From NCBI GenBank assembly GCA_963765575.1, contig CAVXWZ010000002.1, positions 288,001 to 352,000 on the forward strand: 64,000 nucleotides of DNA, read 5' to 3'. Shown here in pieces: positions 58,725-64,000 of this stretch. Position 1 is the first letter of the stretch. Each line of letters begins with the position of its first letter. Below the pieces are notes generated by a model. It was not told where the DNA came from. It ran no database searches and was given only the letters and a program-made list of their open reading frames with translations. The position numbers and the translations under genes are program-made. Source of the stretch: an uncultured cyanobacterium. Lineage in GTDB: Bacteria > Cyanobacteriota > Cyanobacteriia > PCC-6307 > Cyanobiaceae.

Positions 58725-59245
58725 TGGGCTGCACCGCCAGGCCCGCCGCCGTCATGCACCGATCGTCCCCCCCAACGGCGCCCCGCGGCAGCAGCCAGGG
58801 CCCGGCGGCCCGCCCTGGCCGCCAGCTCAGCGGCGCTCTGCTGAGCTGGGCCGTTGTGCTGGGGATGGTGGCGGTGCCGGCGAGCCGGGCCGCCGAACCG
58901 GCCCATCCCAGCCGCGAGCAGCTGCGCGAGCTGCAACTCACCACGTTCAACTGCGCCCGCGACAACCAGGCCGACGACTGTGACCGCGCCCAGCGCGAGG
59001 CAGACACGTTGCTCGACCATCCGCGCCTGTCGGGGACCTGCAAGGACACCCTCTGGACCATCAGCCAGGAGGCCGTGATCGCCCCCCAGAACAGCTTTGA
59101 GCGCCGCGACCGACTCGATCAGGCCGGCGATGATCTGATGCGCTTCTGCCCCCGCAACCTCCAGCCAGCCCGAGGCAGCGGCGGCGCCGGTGGTGCTCCG
59201 GCCAACCCACCGGCGGGCGGCCTCAGGGGGTTGTTTGGACGTTGA
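58721..59245 (+). CDS. Hypothetical secreted protein with a Cys-containing helical domain
   Basis: Signal-like segment ending ASRA; C...C..LLDHPRL...CKD.LW...C; start uncertain (58721 or 58754). Confidence 0.65.
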   Translation: MMGCTARPAAVMHRSSPPTAPRGSSQGPAARPGRQLSGALLSWAVVLGMVAVPASRAAEPAHPSREQLRELQLTTFNCARDNQADDCDRAQREADTLLDHPRLSGTCKDTLWTISQEAVIAPQNSFERRDRLDQAGDDLMRFCPRNLQPARGSGGAGGAPANPPAGGLRGLFGR

Positions 59246-59657
59246 TCAGGTCCAGCAGCTCGCTTGAGGTGGTCTCCATGAAGGCGAACGACCAGGTGGG
59301 CTGAACCACCGCCCGGTTGGACAGTTCACAGAGGGCGTTGGTCGTGGCAGCCGCTTCGCAGCTGGCCACCATCCCCAGCAGCGCATTGGTGAGCTTGCCC
59401 CGCAGGCAGCTCTCGGTGCCGCTGCGGGCGAGCACGGCCTTGGCGGCGGTCCTGGTGCGGCCCAGGGCCTGGTCGTAGGGCAACGCCCGGGCCCCACCCA
59501 TGACAGCGGCAGCCGTGGGCTGCGCCCCAGCGCAGGCCGCCAGCAGCACGGCAGCCGCGGCGACCGCCCGCAGCCCAGCTCCCGGCCGGGGCAGGCCGGC
59601 GCTGCGGGGGGTGCCAACAGGACGGGATGCCTGACGGGCCAGCGGGGAGTGGATCAC
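59223..59657 (-). CDS. Hypothetical secreted protein
   Basis: Hydrophobic LLAAC segment; ESCLRGKLTNALL...SC.......LC; start uncertain. Confidence 0.6.
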   Translation of the reverse strand: MIHSPLARQASRPVGTPRSAGLPRPGAGLRAVAAAAVLLAACAGAQPTAAAVMGGARALPYDQALGRTRTAAKAVLARSGTESCLRGKLTNALLGMVASCEAAATTNALCELSNRAVVQPTWSFAFMETTSSELLDLINVQTTP

Positions 59658-59706
59658 GGGGCGACGGAGTGGGAGGAGGGCAGGCAAAGGTGCGGCAGCC
59701 TTCTGA

Positions 59707-61476
<1,770 letters not shown>

Positions 61477-61510
61477 GCCTGCCAGGGGTCAGGTGATCAC
61501 CTCATCCGTC

Positions 61511-61864
61511 TCAGCGATCCGGCGAATCCGAAGGCTTGCTCTCGTCCTGCGGGGTGGCAGCCGAGGCATCCACGGGCGGGCCAGCTTGGGAGCCGTCGGG
61601 CACGACAGGCCTGCGGGGATTCCTCAGGGGTGACGGCCGGTACCCCTGGATCTCCTCGAGTTGCTTCATGGTGTGGGTGGCCACACCCCACAGCGCTCCT
61701 GCAGCCGTCAGCAACACGAACCACCAGTAGAAGGTGGTGGGTTTGACCTGGGCCGGCGTGTTCACAATCAGCGAACGCAGGAACAGGGCGACAGAAAATC
61801 CAATGGCCCCACCCGCCAGGGTGGCAAGAGTGGCAGCGACGCCGCTGAAACGGGAGCGGGCCAT
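61511..61864 (-). CDS. Hypothetical two-TM membrane protein coupled to the RND gene
   Basis: ATG overlaps the RND stop; two hydrophobic segments. Confidence 0.65.
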   Translation of the reverse strand: MARSRFSGVAATLATLAGGAIGFSVALFLRSLIVNTPAQVKPTTFYWWFVLLTAAGALWGVATHTMKQLEEIQGYRPSPLRNPRRPVVPDGSQAGPPVDASAATPQDESKPSDSPDR

Positions 61865-64000
61865 CAGCTGTCGGCCACCGATGCCTGATCTGCTGGCTGG
61901 TCGTCGTCTCGCCCTCGAGCGAAGAACTGCTTCATCACCACATAGAACACCGGCACCACCAGCAGGGACAGCACGGTGGCCACCAACAGCCCCCCGAAAA
62001 CCACCGTTCCCAGCGAGGACTGACTACGGGCCCCTGCACCGGAAGCCAGCACCAGTGGCAGGAAACCGAACAGCGACGAGATCGCGGTCATCAGGATCGG
62101 CCGCAGGCGCGTCTGGGCCGCCTCGCGGGCCGCGACGACGGCTGTCGCCCCAAGAGCCATGCGCTGGTTGGCTAGGTCCACGATCAGGATCCCATTCTTG
62201 GCGGCCAGACCGATGAGCATCACCAAACCCACCTGTGCGTAAACGTTCAGCACCTCACCGCGGATGGCCAGGAAGATCAGGGCACCCAGCATGGCCGTGG
62301 GCACCGTCATCAAGATGATCAGGGGATCAGAGTAGCTTTCATACTGCGCTGAAAGCACAAGAAAGACCACCAGAATTCCAAGCGCAAAAATCACGATTGC
62401 CAGGGCTCCAGCCTTCACCTCTTCACGCGAGATACCAGTCCAGTCATACCCGAGACCCTGGACATTCAGCTGATCAAACTGTGCGCGGATGGTGTTGATG
62501 GCATCGCCAGAACTGTTACCGGGCGCAGCGGAACCCTCCACTTTGATGCCGCGGTACAGGTTGAATCGGGGGATGATCGAAGGGCCGGTGGTGGGGCGAA
62601 CAGTAAAAATCTCTGCCAGCGGGACCTGGCCACCGGAATCATTCCGAACGAAGAGTTCTGAAAGAGACTCAGGGGTTGCCCTGTAGGCATCATCAGCCTG
62701 GATATAAACCCTGCGGGCCTTCCCCTCTTCAAAGGTATCATTCACATAGGATCCTCCAAAGTAAATGCTGAAGGTGCTCATCGCATCCCCGTAGTCGATG
62801 CCAAGTGCCGCCATACGATCGCGATCCACGGTCACCTCAAGCTGTGGCGCCTCTGGCGAGAACTGGGTGAAGACACGGCTGAACACCCCCGTCTGGGTAG
62901 CATTTCGAATCAACGTATTGGCCTGCTCGGCAAGCTGGCTCAACGAGAACGCACCTCCACTCTGATCAAGAAGCTGCAGTTCAAAGCCTCCACCGGTGCC
63001 ATAGCCGGGAACCGCTGGAGGCTCCACAACGAAAACCCTGGCATCCTCAACTGACTGGAGCTTGCGGTTCAAGCGCTCGACAATGGCCCCGACACTGCGC
63101 TGCGGATCTTGTCGCTGATCCCAGTTTTCAGTGCCGACGAAGAAGATTCCTTTATTCGGTGAGTTACCGTCGAGGCTAGCACCACTGAAAATCGCAGCGT
63201 TTCTCAAACCATTGTCTTTCTCAGTTCGCATAATTTCGGCGACCTTCTGATTGATGGCTTGGGTTCGCTCCAAAGAAACCCCATCGGATGCCTGCACGAA
63301 TCCAATCGCATAGCCCTGATCTTCGATCGGAACAAAGCCCGAAGGCATGGCATTGAAGGCAACCCCGGTCAGGGTCACACCTCCCACCAGAATCCCCATC
63401 ACAATGCGACGATGCTCAAGCGCCCAGCTCAGCAGACTCTTGTAACCACCTTCGACGCGTTCATAGACCCGATTGAAGCCGGCAAAGATCGGCTCCACGA
63501 ACAAACCGAGCCCCAGGCCAATGGCTGTGAACAGCACGACCGGAAAAAGGTTGGGCACACCGCCAAACACAAGGCCCAGAGCCGCCCCACCGATGGTGAA
63601 GGGAAGCCGCAACGGCAATTGGGTGATCAGCTTGAGAGCGAAGCCCAGAAGCAGTCCAACCAAGGTGGCGATCAGCACCGAAATAGTGCCGCCTCCGGCA
63701 GAGAGCAGGCCGTAGACAAAACCGACAAAGCCACCGGCGATGGCGTAGGTGCGTCTGCTGGGCTTGCCCGTATCCAAGCCCAGCAGGAGGCCTGAGAGCA
63801 TGGGCGAGAACGTGAGGGCGTTGAAGGTGGAGACCGAGATCGAAAAAATGATCGTGGCCGCGAATTGCTTGTAAATCGTGCCAGTGGCGCCAGGAAAGAA
63901 AAGAACCGGTATAAACACCGCAAAAAGCACAAGCGACGTGGCGATAACTGCAGAGAAGAGCTCATCCATCGTGGCCTTAGCAGCACCCACTGCCGTCATG
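61864..64000 (-). CDS. RND efflux permease (AcrB/HAE1 family), 3' part, truncated by window edge
   Basis: LFAVFIP, FVPIEDQG, LSAQYES, GLAAKNGILIV, RLRPILMT, VFGGL. Confidence 0.96.
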   Translation of the reverse strand, partial: MTAVGAAKATMDELFSAVIATSLVLFAVFIPVLFFPGATGTIYKQFAATIIFSISVSTFNALTFSPMLSGLLLGLDTGKPSRRTYAIAGGFVGFVYGLLSAGGGTISVLIATLVGLLLGFALKLITQLPLRLPFTIGGAALGLVFGGVPNLFPVVLFTAIGLGLGLFVEPIFAGFNRVYERVEGGYKSLLSWALEHRRIVMGILVGGVTLTGVAFNAMPSGFVPIEDQGYAIGFVQASDGVSLERTQAINQKVAEIMRTEKDNGLRNAAIFSGASLDGNSPNKGIFFVGTENWDQRQDPQRSVGAIVERLNRKLQSVEDARVFVVEPPAVPGYGTGGGFELQLLDQSGGAFSLSQLAEQANTLIRNATQTGVFSRVFTQFSPEAPQLEVTVDRDRMAALGIDYGDAMSTFSIYFGGSYVNDTFEEGKARRVYIQADDAYRATPESLSELFVRNDSGGQVPLAEIFTVRPTTGPSIIPRFNLYRGIKVEGSAAPGNSSGDAINTIRAQFDQLNVQGLGYDWTGISREEVKAGALAIVIFALGILVVFLVLSAQYESYSDPLIILMTVPTAMLGALIFLAIRGEVLNVYAQVGLVMLIGLAAKNGILIVDLANQRMALGATAVVAAREAAQTRLRPILMTAISSLFGFLPLVLASGAGARSQSSLGTVVFGGLLVATVLSLLVVPVFYVVMKQFFARGRDDDQPADQASVADS

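Overview
A very GC-rich (about 70% by eye) chromosomal segment of a picocyanobacterium, probably Cyanobium / freshwater Synechococcus-like. That call is inferred from psbX, ycf66, hli, cpcG, a CpcS-type lyase, CP12, ftrC-sufBCDS-sufR and a permuted two-piece tmRNA with tag ANNIVRFSRQPAPVAA. Most of the window is core genome: ABC-F, obgE, mutS2, hemB, dnaJ-like, smc, msrB, tRNA-Leu(GAG), accC, comM, rpsU, def, suf, pgm and a partial RND pump. The one clear accessory element is a chromosomal integron at about 36.87-40.33 kb. Its intI is co-oriented with the array, and the array lies downstream of the intI 3' end. It has a candidate attI, two well-formed attC sites, two MazF/PemK-type toxin-antitoxin cassettes, a DUF1349-like cassette and two decayed attC right arms. 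It sits between mtnA and a co-oriented class II aldolase gene, and its last attC-like GTT overlaps the mtnA stop codon. Several genes (mtnA, DUF3747, DUF4912, and the starts of gltS1 and mazE) carry small indels that look more like long-read consensus errors than true pseudogenisation. Family names come from motif recognition only; no database searches were run.
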